Sequence record: MK799832.1
Length of the DNA stretch: 64,000 nucleotides
Reading direction: 5' to 3' (one strand)
Shown: piece after piece, positions 1-10,194 of the stretch
How the letters are laid out: each line of letters starts with the position of its first letter
How positions within the stretch are numbered: position 1 is the first letter of the stretch
Notes under the pieces: generated by a model
Seen by the model: only the letters and a program-made list of their open reading frames with translations
The model's database searches: none
What the model was told of the DNA's origin: nothing
Position numbers and translations under genes: made by a program

Positions 1-43
1 AATTACATCTGCTTCGGAATCAATTGTATCATTATCAGCATAA
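1..43 (-). repeat. Copy A of 43-nt inverted repeat (gp14 3' end)
   Basis: Reverse complement TTATGCTGATAATGATACAATTGATTCCGAAGCAGATGTAATT matches 40501-40543 at 42/43 nt. Confidence 0.97.
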
Positions 44-1431
44 GGTGTGACTAAATCATCGGTATTATAACCACCAATCACGTACTTTGCACCCGACTCT
101 TGACCTGTTAATACTTCACCAATCTGGAAGTATCCATCAACAATACTGACTTCCATAATATCATTGACACCATCCCATTCCTTGACTCTTGCTGTTGTAC
201 TTGAGATAGAACCAGTTACAACTTCGTTAAAGATAAATGTTCCACCAATAGACACTACATTAGATACTGCAGGACCAGATAATGTGACGATTGGGGTAGA
301 ATCATAACCCTCACCACCATCAATTACATATACTGCAGTTACGATACCAGATGCACTGATCGTCGATACACCAACTGCCTGTCTAGACGGACGTGGGAAT
401 GCAGAATCAAATGTATAAGAGGTAGAATCGAATGTGTAGAATGAGGAATCCCAAAGAGGATAAGCACCTGAGGTATTACCAATAGTAACAGTTGGTGCTG
501 CTGAATAACCAGACCCACCATCTGTAACTCTAATGGATTGAATAGAACCTGCTGTAGAGATACCTGTTGTTGCTGCAAATCCAGTACCACCACCTCCATA
601 TACGGTAATCATAGGTGGTTCTGTATAACCACAACCAGCATTGGTTATCAGAATTGTTGGGATAACACCAGACTTACCCTTACAACCTGGATACTCATAG
701 GATACTGACGCAATGCCTGTTGCAGTTACACCACCTGGAGGAGCTGAAGAGAAACCTACAACTGGTTGGGCAGTATATCCTCTACCCATATTAGATATTG
801 TAATCTCATTGACTGCACCAGATGCACACCAATCCGCTTCTGCAGTTGCAGTAGAACCGACACCAATCAGGTTGAGTGTTTGAATATAACCAATTTGTGC
901 GATCTCATCATCAATATTATCGACACCAGTATCGATAACTTCATCTTCATATCTGAAGAGTTCACATCTCAACTCATAGACATATGTCTTCTTGAGTTGA
1001 TAGAAGGGTTGCTCATGTTCAACGAACTTAATCTCGAACAATCTATCTCCCAATGGGAAATAAATCAAATCACCTTCCTTGGGTCTAGAGGTCAATTCCA
1101 TGTTTGGAAGACCTTCAGTTAATGGTGCAATATAGTTCTCAAATCTCTCTTTTGAGATGATTAATTGGAGGTCATCTCTATTTTCAATACCAAATTTTGA
1201 CAGGATAGTGCCCTGTCCAGTGTATCCTTCGTAATTATCAACGTATGCTTCTAAAGGATATGCATTCTTGAATTCAGACTCAATAACTTCACGAATAACT
1301 GTATTAGTCGTGGCATATGTTCTTGGAAGATAATACACTTCCACACCATACATCTGCAACTGTTCGTTGACAAGACTCTGGATTAGGTTTTGTTCGGATC
1401 TTGTACCGTTAAGAAAGAAGGGATTTAACAT
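1..1431 (-). CDS. gp14: Neck protein gp14, runs off window start (12 C-terminal residues missing)
   Basis: Hand-translated, absent from the ORF track because there is no stop in the window. ATG at 1431 gives MLNPFFLNGTRSEQNLIQSLVNEQLQMYGVEVYYLPRTY; the last codons are PYADNDTIDSEADVI. Directly follows gp13. Confidence 0.93.
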   Translation of the reverse strand, partial: MLNPFFLNGTRSEQNLIQSLVNEQLQMYGVEVYYLPRTYATTNTVIREVIESEFKNAYPLEAYVDNYEGYTGQGTILSKFGIENRDDLQLIISKERFENYIAPLTEGLPNMELTSRPKEGDLIYFPLGDRLFEIKFVEHEQPFYQLKKTYVYELRCELFRYEDEVIDTGVDNIDDEIAQIGYIQTLNLIGVGSTATAEADWCASGAVNEITISNMGRGYTAQPVVGFSSAPPGGVTATGIASVSYEYPGCKGKSGVIPTILITNAGCGYTEPPMITVYGGGGTGFAATTGISTAGSIQSIRVTDGGSGYSAAPTVTIGNTSGAYPLWDSSFYTFDSTSYTFDSAFPRPSRQAVGVSTISASGIVTAVYVIDGGEGYDSTPIVTLSGPAVSNVVSIGGTFIFNEVVTGSISSTTARVKEWDGVNDIMEVSIVDGYFQIGEVLTGQESGAKYVIGGYNTDDLVTPYADNDTIDSEADVI

Positions 1432-1437
1432 AAGTCA

Positions 1438-2310
1438 TCACCCGATCATGTCAAGAGGTGGTAACTCATATGTGCTCATCATTCTTTCCTGAATCCTATC
1501 TAATTCTGCTTGTGCATCATCATATAGTTGTCTACCATTGAACTCAATACCACCAGGAAGTTTTACACCCTGGAATTTAATTAAGTTCTGACCCCACTGT
1601 CTCTTAATCAGTGCAGTCAGATATGGTTTAATGAATGAATCGTTGTAAATTCTTGCATAATCATTAGGATCATTCATTGCCCAACAATCAAGAATTAAAA
1701 ACTCACCAGCATTAAGATCACTGTAATCAACATCGATATACAATCGATCAGTTCTTTGATTGAATCGAATCTGTTTATGTGTGTTTAGAATAAAGTTAAT
1801 TGTCTCAAGGTAACCCATTGTCATTGAGTATGACAACAGATCAAAACCACCAGCACCCCAACCATTCAGTCCGATAAAATCATTCAACATATACTGGTAT
1901 CTTACGTTGAACATACCAGCACCCATTCCTGCAGGATATTGGTAGATCTTATTAACACCAATAATTGATGGAGGAATCTGAATGTAATTACTGTTCTGAT
2001 AATAAGTGAACGTGGTTGCAGTACCAGCAACACTCGCAGATGCTGTTATTGATGTGATACCAGTGGTTCCATTTTCATTCTGAGGTGCACCAGGTGGTCT
2101 TGCTCTACCTCTCTTGATATCCTCCTCGGTAAGTTCGTACTTCAAATAAACCTTAGTGACACCATCAAAGTGTCTCTCCTGGAAATACTGAATGGCATCA
2201 TCTACAAGATCTTCAATTTGTTCATCTGCAACGTTGATCTCCAATACTGGAGCACCCAATTGTCTTAAACAATAATCAATCAGTTCTTGTCTAGTACTAG
2301 GCTGTGCCAT
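1438..2310 (-). CDS. gp13: Neck protein gp13
   Basis: RQELIDYCLRQLGAPVLEINV N-terminus and LIKRQWGQNLIKFQGVKLPGGIEFNG C-terminal motif; position before gp14. Confidence 0.95.
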   Translation of the reverse strand: MAQPSTRQELIDYCLRQLGAPVLEINVADEQIEDLVDDAIQYFQERHFDGVTKVYLKYELTEEDIKRGRARPPGAPQNENGTTGITSITASASVAGTATTFTYYQNSNYIQIPPSIIGVNKIYQYPAGMGAGMFNVRYQYMLNDFIGLNGWGAGGFDLLSYSMTMGYLETINFILNTHKQIRFNQRTDRLYIDVDYSDLNAGEFLILDCWAMNDPNDYARIYNDSFIKPYLTALIKRQWGQNLIKFQGVKLPGGIEFNGRQLYDDAQAELDRIQERMMSTYELPPLDMIG

Positions 2311-2334
2311 CTATAATGAGACCTACTTATATGT

Positions 2335-2568
2335 CTATTTATTTAATAAATCGGTGATAGTATTAAGCATATTCTTAATATCTGTCACTTCAGTTTTTAA
2401 ATTACTTACCTCAGACTGAAGAGAGTCAAATTTCTTTTTATCCTCTCTCAGTTTTTCTCGGTTTCTCACATATGTTTCATAATCGATATTGTTTGTGTTA
2501 ACAATGGCCCCAGAATGGATGTCTCTATAATAGCCATCCATTCCATCAACGGGAATCATATTGTCCAT
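2335..2568 (-). CDS. Small hypothetical protein with coiled-coil-like C-terminus
   Basis: 77-aa ORF packed between the VrlC-like gene and gp13 on the coding strand. Confidence 0.75.
   Translation of the reverse strand: MDNMIPVDGMDGYYRDIHSGAIVNTNNIDYETYVRNREKLREDKKKFDSLQSEVSNLKTEVTDIKNMLNTITDLLNK
2336..2342 (-). promoter_or_regulatory. T4-type late promoter core ATAAATA upstream of gp13
   Basis: ATAAATA overlapping the upstream stop. The same core occurs at 11774-11780 and 13182-13188 (-) and at 44917, 45183, 46789, 55059, 57022, 60916, 62551 and 63908 (+). Confidence 0.65.
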
Positions 2569-2569
2569 A

Positions 2570-5500
2570 TTATGCGAATGAAAGTACTCTCAGGTTTCTG
2601 ATCATTGGTACAGTAGACTGATCTGTCGAAGTACCAATGATCTTAATTCTAAATGTCTTGAATGGTTTTACTTCATCAATAGTAAACTTGTACTCTTTAT
2701 ATTGATCTTGAGTTGGTTCTGGGACATAAGCATCAACCTTAGGAACTCTCTTATCAGGAGTACCATTGTTTGATGAAATGTCAAGAATAGCACCGTTAAT
2801 ATCAATATTCTTATAACCAGGGAAAGGAACAAAGATTGTCTCTTCTACTGGTACATCTTGATTAAGTGCATAGAATACTCTAATGTCACTGTAGTTTGAT
2901 ACGTAACCATCAAGTAGAACTTGTAATGATGATGCTGGATTCTCAAGAGTTACATTCTTAGATACATATGTGAATCTGTTAGGATCATCTTCAGTACCAT
3001 TAACTCTAAAGTCAGCAACATAATCTGTAACAGGGCGACTGATTCTGTTCATTGTATAAACAACAGATGCATTATCCAGGTCAATGACAGGACTGATTCT
3101 AGAGTTTCCAGACAGTAAAGTGAATTGCATTTCGAATGACTTATTACCAGCAAAGGTATCACCGCTCAACAGATTACTTTCGTTTTGTGCCGAAGCAACC
3201 ATTCTTTGACCATCAAAATAGTTCTTATCAAAGATTGTGACTTGTTTATATCCCTTGTCGAGATATGACTCCTGATTGCCAGATACACTCGAAGCAGAAA
3301 TCGTTCTAACTTGTGAGATGAGGTTTGTGCCTTGTGGTGTAATAGTGGTAACCTTAGGAGTAATCAAGTTATATGGTAAGTTGTAAGTACCCTTGACCAA
3401 TGGTCCGCCTGCAAGTTTGTTTTCCTTGAAGTAGAGTGGTGGGAATCCTGCAGCATTAGCAGGTGCTCTATTCGTACCATTTGCATTCATCTGAACCTTG
3501 ATATAATAGTAGTCAAGTCCAATAGGTGCTTCATCTAATTCACTTGAAACTACATTTGCAAGTAGATGTGAAGTATTGATTCTTCTAAGAGATACACCAT
3601 TCAACTCATACTTGTAGATAAGTTCACCAGAGGAGTGTGTTGCGATGGTTGTATTATCAATACCTCTTGTAACACCAGTCAGAGTTCTACCATTTACACC
3701 AGTGTAAGAAATAATCTCATCACCAATCTTCACATAACCTGGGTTGGTACCACCTACACCAAGATTTTCAAAGGTTTCAAAGTCTGTCGCCAAACCTTCG
3801 ATTGTGATGAAGGTTGTGGTGTCAAAACCATATTCTTGTGAAAGAGTATTAGGAACAAGGTCACTTCTAACGTCAGAGATTGTTACTCTGTTTACGTTAG
3901 AGTAGAGACCATGATTTCTCTGGAATACTCTGATGTAATTACCCTGTTCAGTAACATTGATAGGTGATACAGGAATAACATTTCCACCAACATCATTAAG
4001 TTCAGTTGTAAATCCAACACTGTTTTCATAATAAAGTGGGTATGCAGAGTTGGTTGTAAAGTTACCCTGTACGTTATCAAGTACAAGTGTATTATTACCA
4101 AGAAGTTCGTTGACAGAAAGTTGAATACCAGAACCTAGATTGACACTTCCAACTTGTACAGGTGTCAATACATCACCAACAACGTAACCAGTACCACCTG
4201 CTCTAACTACTGCAGCAGTTGCAACACCATTTTCAATTGTAATGTCAGCGGTGGCATTCACACCCTTACCAGTAACAGCAGTAAGTGCTACACCAGTGTA
4301 GGTGAAAGTTGCTGAAGAAGGTGTGTATCCAACACCAGCATTTGTAATCGTAAAGTTAGAAGTTACAGATCCTGCGAATGCAACCAGAGTACCTTGTGCT
4401 CCATTACCCAACTGTTTGACAGTTCTACCGACAACGAGACCACTATCACTTACAGTTGTTCCAAGACCAACTCTGATTTCTCTTGAGTTGACTGTCAAAC
4501 CATTAGGATCGATCTGTGCAAGATCTGATGGAAGTTCTGGGTTGTAGAATGAAACAGAACCCTGTGACTTGAAGTTTGCCACATAAAGATTGAACTTAAG
4601 ATCCTCATACTGAGAAGGTGTCCATACAGAAGCATTCTGAGACTTAAAGAGAGAACCAAGAAGTGGTTGCTCGGTAACCAGAATCTGACCTGCTTCTTGA
4701 CCCAATGTTGTTACATCAGCCTCACCAAGTCTACTAATCCAAACTCTGTATTCTGTAGAATGTGAGAGAAGAACCATTGCATATTCTTTCTCAGGGTTCA
4801 GATAAACTGGAGCATCAAGTGTTATAGTTGTTGCTACAGTACCATCATCACTGAGGTTTACATCTTTAGGATCTATACTCTTGAATGAGAAAGGAAGAAC
4901 TTTGTCGGTTGGGGTACCAAGATTGGTCTCTCTAATTTCGAAGAGAACAGGAATATTTTCATCCTTTGTTACAAAGAACAAATCAACTTTAGTGATGAAT
5001 ACACCCGTTGGATCATCAACTAAGAACGTTTGTGCAAGTGGGTCAATGCGTGGCGGAATGACACGTACAGATGTAGTAGATGTGGATTGTGTATCGGTGT
5101 TTGTATCTGTAATTGTAATCGTATTTGATGTTGCTGTATCTCCGATATTTCTTCTCTGAGTTAGATCAGCTCTTCTTACTGTTGCATTTCTAACAGAGAG
5201 AGTTGTTTCTTGAGTCGTATCAACATCACCTTGTGAATAGAAGATTGATTCACCAGCAGTTGATACAAGTCCTTCAATTGTACTGTTAGTTCTACTACTG
5301 GTGAGTCTGAAACTTGATCTACCAGTTTCAAAGATTGGGTTTGCGGGATTGTTAGGACTTGGGACAAAGTATGATGCTTGAAGTGTACCAACTCTATCCG
5401 TGATAAGTCTTACATTAGAAACCCTAGCCTGTGCACCACTAGATGCTCCAGTCAGGATCATTGATCTAGAAATCCATCCACTAAATTGTGGGAAGTCTTG

Positions 5501-8500
5501 TGACTGAAGACTAAATGTATCAATGTTCAGAATCGTTGATGATGCAGAGTAGATAGCTGGAATTGAAATATCCCTATTGTATGGATTACTATCATATACA
5601 TCTGTTGGACTATTGAATGGTCCATACTTATGGTTGGTTGTGGCAACTCTAAAGTCAATCGTAGGGATTGTAGAACCATTGGTGACCTGAGAACCACCAT
5701 CATCCATTCTACCTCTTACTGTCTCACCAACGACAAATGTTCCATGAATCATCTCAATTTCAATGAGTTTTGGTGTAACATAGTTGTTAACATCAACATC
5801 ATCAAAGAATGAATAGACTCTTGTAAATGGTTTGAATGATGTTGCAGTCACATCAATATTACGAGATCTCATAAAGTTGATGATCTCTCTTCTTACAACT
5901 CTACTACCAAGAGATTCTGTATCAATTCTCTCATTAACAAAGAACTGTCTTCCAGTTCTATTCTGTGAAAGATTGACAGACGTTGTTGCTCTTATATTAT
6001 TGTCTGTAGTTGTTGTATTTGTTGTCTGAGTTGTTGTATTTGTAGTTCTTACTTGACCCCTTCTTCTTGAACCTTGAGTATTAGTATTGGATGTTTGTCT
6101 TGTTGTAGAACTTGTCTGAGTTGATTGATTGTTTGACAATGAGGTGTTTACATCTACACCAACAGTCTGCCAAGAATTCCAAATAACAGGAGAAACACCT
6201 GCTCTTGAGCCATCTCTTCTTGTTCTAATATCTGCACCCAGAGCTTCAGCAACACCTCTGAACGAACCCTCCATCATTACATCATTGACTTCAAGTTCGT
6301 TTACATCAATCCAAACGTCAACTTCGGGAGTAAGTTCAATATTACCTTGCCAGAACTGAACAAGATATGGAGTTACATTTTCAGCTCTTGTTGCAAATGG
6401 TTGTTGTAACCAAGTTTCATCAGTATAATCAAGAGTCAGGATTCTACCACTCTTCTTGACATTTGCACCAACAACTTCTGCAAAGTTTGAATCTTGATTT
6501 GCGTCAGATGTAGTACCAATACCAGTTACTGCAGTTGTTCCCAGTTGAAGATTGAGTGCAGTAGTGTAGTGAGATGGTCTAAGAACACCTCTCTCAGTGT
6601 CAATACTGTTTCTGATACCAATACTTGTATCTTGAGGTTCAAGAGTTGTGAAGTTATCTACAAAGATACCAGACTTGAATCTGTTGTTTCCATTTGCGTC
6701 TTCAACGAAGAGATTGAGTGTATTCGTCTCAAGTTGATTTAATGAAGTATAATACTCTAGATTCTTGATTCTCTGTTCAAGTTTAGAGATATCACTCATT
6801 TGATATCTCTTATGTTCAATAAACTTAATTTCAGCGTCTGCAGTGTCGAAAAGATATGCTGGGAGGAATATATTAGCAATATTCATCACACCACTCAAAC
6901 TATCTGGAAGTCTAGGTTCATCGTCTGGTGCACCTTCAAGAACACTAAGAATACCTTCTTTATCAATGAAGACTCTATCTGCTCTTGGTAAGTAATAGTC
7001 ATATGTCACCGTCAGTGACTCGTCAGAAGCAATGATGTGACTTGATGATTGGAGATTACCATTCTGACCATCAGCAAAGTTTCTACCATCAAACTCAAAT
7101 GGTGACCTTACATTTTCAGCAACCACATAATCGGTGAGTCGTGGTCTTACATCAATAATATCAGATACTCTTACATCTTGGACTCCTCCAATTTCTGTTC
7201 CATAATTATAACCAACATAAGAGTTGATAGTTGTAATATCACCCTCGTCTGCATCATCATAAGAAGATGATGCAAAGTATACACGAAGTTTTCTAGCAGG
7301 AATCTGTGCTTCTCCTCTTCTCTCAATTCTAGAGTAATCGTAGAATGTTCCTCTTTGACCATTGAAGAATTTAAAGTCAGTAGTAACTTCTTTAGAACCC
7401 AGTTTTACATTTGATGAGACACCATTAACTGTTGAAGACTCAAAACTAATTACTTCTGAATTCTGGAATGTTGTGTCATTCAAATATGTGAAGTAAATCG
7501 CAGTATCATCAAGTTTCTGGAGATAAATTGCTTTTGCACCACTGGTTTGACCTGTGAGAATTTCTCCAATAATCAGGTCATTTGTCGTAGCAGTAATACC
7601 ATCAAGTTGTGATAATGTCATGTTAGGACATACTGGATCAGAATTGTCATCTGACTCAAAGATGCCGTAGATCTTATAGACATCAACAGTATTCAGTGAG
7701 ATTACTTCATCCTGAACTCTTGTACCATAAGGATAGTTACCAGTTGTTAAACCATCATCTAATGTAGTTGAACCAATACCAGATGCAGCCCTACTAGACT
7801 TATTGATAATCAAATCTTGGGACACGTTCTTCAGTTTTGTTTTTGAAGTAACGTCAGTCTTTCTGATTGTAGTAATCAGTTTGGTATTGGTATCATTAGA
7901 ACCAAGACCATTGATTTGAAGTGACTTTGAACCATTCGTAAATTCAAATCTATCTTCAGTCAGAACTTCAGTAGAACCATCAGATCTAATCAGAGTATAT
8001 CTCTCCTCATCAAATGGTAAGAATACTTCCTTATCCTCAGTATTAATGATAGGAGTAGAATTATTAGTAATGGAAGTTGTATATTGTCTTCTAATTACTA
8101 ATTCAGACCCAATAAGATTTACTGATGAGATATTGGTCTTAGGGAAAGCACTGTAAAGAGTGTCATTATTGGCCAAATTACCTGAACCAGGACCACCAAC
8201 CCCTTTGGTGGAGAGGAGTTCAAAGTTCTGAATAGTCTCTACACTGGTTGGAAGAGCACCATTACAAATACCAGAAACAGTAGTTACGGCTTCAACAGTA
8301 ATATTAGTCTGACCAACACCTGTTACTCTTGCAAAACTTGCTACATCTAAAGTTGGTCTAGAATATCTTACAATATTACCAACAGTAACGATACCTACGA
8401 ACGAGAAGCCAGGATCTGCAGGAATTGAAATCAGTGATGTGCTACCAGATTCTGCAGAAATATTTGCTGAACCAAAATTACGAACTCGTGACTGAATAGT

Positions 8501-10189
8501 ATCTCCAGTAAAGGTTGCAGCAGTTCCAACTACACCAAATACTGACTTAACATCAGATAATGAGAAATTTTTATCACTTGTAACAAATCTTGCATCATCC
8601 AATATCCCATTGAAGAGAAGTCTCTCCCCTTTATGGAATTCACCTTCAACATTATAAGCAGTTAGTGCAGTACCTGCTGTTACATTATGCTTAAGATAAC
8701 CCTTTGCACCACTTGACTCACCCTTGATAAAGGTTGACGTGGTAAGTGTGATTGGTTCGTTGAGTGTGATGTCAGTATATGTCTGAACATCAAATAATGA
8801 TAAATCCCATGTATTCAAGTTGGGGAATGCAGTATCATACGAACCACCTTCTAAAACAAAGTCATATACTCTTGCAATACCAATTTCTTTACCTGAGGAG
8901 GTCAATGAATTAACACCAACTCTCTGATCTCTCAAACTCAGAGTCAAAGATGTATTAATACCAATTGTTGCAGATCCACTAACTCTGTTTAAGTTGAGAG
9001 TTGGTCCAAAACCGAAATTAACTGCTTGATCTTCAATAGTTCTTGTAGTTCTTGGCTTTCTAAAGTCAATTAAAGTAGGAGCAATGGTTTCTACCTCATA
9101 TCCCCTTACATAAGCCTTACCAGGAGAGATTTTGTAGATACCAAGGTCGTCACTAGGAACATTACCAGATTGAGTGACTTGAGTCGAATTATAGATACCT
9201 CTATTTCCTTCATTGTTGTTAAGACTATTCTTAACTGAAGTTACAAACTCTTTTACGTAATAATCGCCAGATTCATCAAAAGTTCTACGTGCAAATTCGT
9301 CACCTAAGAAGTTATAATCAGTATTTTTGTTAATAAGACGTAAAACACCGTCTTTTACTTCCGATAATTGAACAAAATTCGACTCATCAAAACTATCAAG
9401 TGGCTTTTTCGACAAAGTTGTCGAAATTTTCAATCTATCGGCACCAGGAGCCGTAAAATTGTTAAATCCTTGGGCATTATCATTAAGTGAAGGGTCAACA
9501 TCAGAAGAAACGATCTCTTCAACAACATCTAAACCTACTCGATAGGATGGGACATTAGAATATTGGTCAAGAATCAGTGTTTGGGCACTAACATTGACAA
9601 AATACCCTCTCAGAAAGTAAACACCCTGAGATAAATTGAATGATGAACCAATAATTGCTGCATTTTGTGGAATTGTTGTTGCAAAACCTTCACCAGCAGA
9701 AATAAAGGTAGATGCATAAGTGATATTCTTACTAGTAAGGAGAACTTCACTGTCTAAAAACGTACTTACATCCTCATCAGAGTTTGCAGAATTCTCATAG
9801 TTCAAATAAAGGGTATATGTGCCTCTTTCGGACTCTTCGTCTGTGATATATGTGACAACTTTTGCGGTTACGCCAGATGTTGCACCAGTAATTGTGGTAC
9901 CAACAATTTGATCGAGATAAATGCCAACAGGAACACCCAAGAATTCGGGCTCAATCTGTACACCATAAAAATTCTGAATATATGTCAGATCACCAGGAAT
10001 TACTTTTGCACCTTCTTTGAAGAAGTGGTTACCCATCTCTTCAACTTGGTTTTGCAGAATAGACTGCAGACCAGTCAGTTCTCTTGCTTGAACAGGAAAA
10101 CCAGGTTTGAATAGAACCTTATAATAATTCGACTGGGGATCAAAGTCGTCAAAATATGGGGCGACATTGAGATTAGTTTCCTGTGGCAT
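2570..10189 (-). CDS. Large virion structural protein, VrlC/DUF4815-like
   Basis: 2539 aa; N-terminus TNLNVAPYFDDFDP...YYKVLFKPGFPVQARELTGLQSILQNQ is typical of this family; lies between gp8 and gp13. Confidence 0.85.
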   Translation of the reverse strand: MPQETNLNVAPYFDDFDPQSNYYKVLFKPGFPVQARELTGLQSILQNQVEEMGNHFFKEGAKVIPGDLTYIQNFYGVQIEPEFLGVPVGIYLDQIVGTTITGATSGVTAKVVTYITDEESERGTYTLYLNYENSANSDEDVSTFLDSEVLLTSKNITYASTFISAGEGFATTIPQNAAIIGSSFNLSQGVYFLRGYFVNVSAQTLILDQYSNVPSYRVGLDVVEEIVSSDVDPSLNDNAQGFNNFTAPGADRLKISTTLSKKPLDSFDESNFVQLSEVKDGVLRLINKNTDYNFLGDEFARRTFDESGDYYVKEFVTSVKNSLNNNEGNRGIYNSTQVTQSGNVPSDDLGIYKISPGKAYVRGYEVETIAPTLIDFRKPRTTRTIEDQAVNFGFGPTLNLNRVSGSATIGINTSLTLSLRDQRVGVNSLTSSGKEIGIARVYDFVLEGGSYDTAFPNLNTWDLSLFDVQTYTDITLNEPITLTTSTFIKGESSGAKGYLKHNVTAGTALTAYNVEGEFHKGERLLFNGILDDARFVTSDKNFSLSDVKSVFGVVGTAATFTGDTIQSRVRNFGSANISAESGSTSLISIPADPGFSFVGIVTVGNIVRYSRPTLDVASFARVTGVGQTNITVEAVTTVSGICNGALPTSVETIQNFELLSTKGVGGPGSGNLANNDTLYSAFPKTNISSVNLIGSELVIRRQYTTSITNNSTPIINTEDKEVFLPFDEERYTLIRSDGSTEVLTEDRFEFTNGSKSLQINGLGSNDTNTKLITTIRKTDVTSKTKLKNVSQDLIINKSSRAASGIGSTTLDDGLTTGNYPYGTRVQDEVISLNTVDVYKIYGIFESDDNSDPVCPNMTLSQLDGITATTNDLIIGEILTGQTSGAKAIYLQKLDDTAIYFTYLNDTTFQNSEVISFESSTVNGVSSNVKLGSKEVTTDFKFFNGQRGTFYDYSRIERRGEAQIPARKLRVYFASSSYDDADEGDITTINSYVGYNYGTEIGGVQDVRVSDIIDVRPRLTDYVVAENVRSPFEFDGRNFADGQNGNLQSSSHIIASDESLTVTYDYYLPRADRVFIDKEGILSVLEGAPDDEPRLPDSLSGVMNIANIFLPAYLFDTADAEIKFIEHKRYQMSDISKLEQRIKNLEYYTSLNQLETNTLNLFVEDANGNNRFKSGIFVDNFTTLEPQDTSIGIRNSIDTERGVLRPSHYTTALNLQLGTTAVTGIGTTSDANQDSNFAEVVGANVKKSGRILTLDYTDETWLQQPFATRAENVTPYLVQFWQGNIELTPEVDVWIDVNELEVNDVMMEGSFRGVAEALGADIRTRRDGSRAGVSPVIWNSWQTVGVDVNTSLSNNQSTQTSSTTRQTSNTNTQGSRRRGQVRTTNTTTQTTNTTTTDNNIRATTSVNLSQNRTGRQFFVNERIDTESLGSRVVRREIINFMRSRNIDVTATSFKPFTRVYSFFDDVDVNNYVTPKLIEIEMIHGTFVVGETVRGRMDDGGSQVTNGSTIPTIDFRVATTNHKYGPFNSPTDVYDSNPYNRDISIPAIYSASSTILNIDTFSLQSQDFPQFSGWISRSMILTGASSGAQARVSNVRLITDRVGTLQASYFVPSPNNPANPIFETGRSSFRLTSSRTNSTIEGLVSTAGESIFYSQGDVDTTQETTLSVRNATVRRADLTQRRNIGDTATSNTITITDTNTDTQSTSTTSVRVIPPRIDPLAQTFLVDDPTGVFITKVDLFFVTKDENIPVLFEIRETNLGTPTDKVLPFSFKSIDPKDVNLSDDGTVATTITLDAPVYLNPEKEYAMVLLSHSTEYRVWISRLGEADVTTLGQEAGQILVTEQPLLGSLFKSQNASVWTPSQYEDLKFNLYVANFKSQGSVSFYNPELPSDLAQIDPNGLTVNSREIRVGLGTTVSDSGLVVGRTVKQLGNGAQGTLVAFAGSVTSNFTITNAGVGYTPSSATFTYTGVALTAVTGKGVNATADITIENGVATAAVVRAGGTGYVVGDVLTPVQVGSVNLGSGIQLSVNELLGNNTLVLDNVQGNFTTNSAYPLYYENSVGFTTELNDVGGNVIPVSPINVTEQGNYIRVFQRNHGLYSNVNRVTISDVRSDLVPNTLSQEYGFDTTTFITIEGLATDFETFENLGVGGTNPGYVKIGDEIISYTGVNGRTLTGVTRGIDNTTIATHSSGELIYKYELNGVSLRRINTSHLLANVVSSELDEAPIGLDYYYIKVQMNANGTNRAPANAAGFPPLYFKENKLAGGPLVKGTYNLPYNLITPKVTTITPQGTNLISQVRTISASSVSGNQESYLDKGYKQVTIFDKNYFDGQRMVASAQNESNLLSGDTFAGNKSFEMQFTLLSGNSRISPVIDLDNASVVYTMNRISRPVTDYVADFRVNGTEDDPNRFTYVSKNVTLENPASSLQVLLDGYVSNYSDIRVFYALNQDVPVEETIFVPFPGYKNIDINGAILDISSNNGTPDKRVPKVDAYVPEPTQDQYKEYKFTIDEVKPFKTFRIKIIGTSTDQSTVPMIRNLRVLSFA

Positions 10190-10194
10190 ATCTC

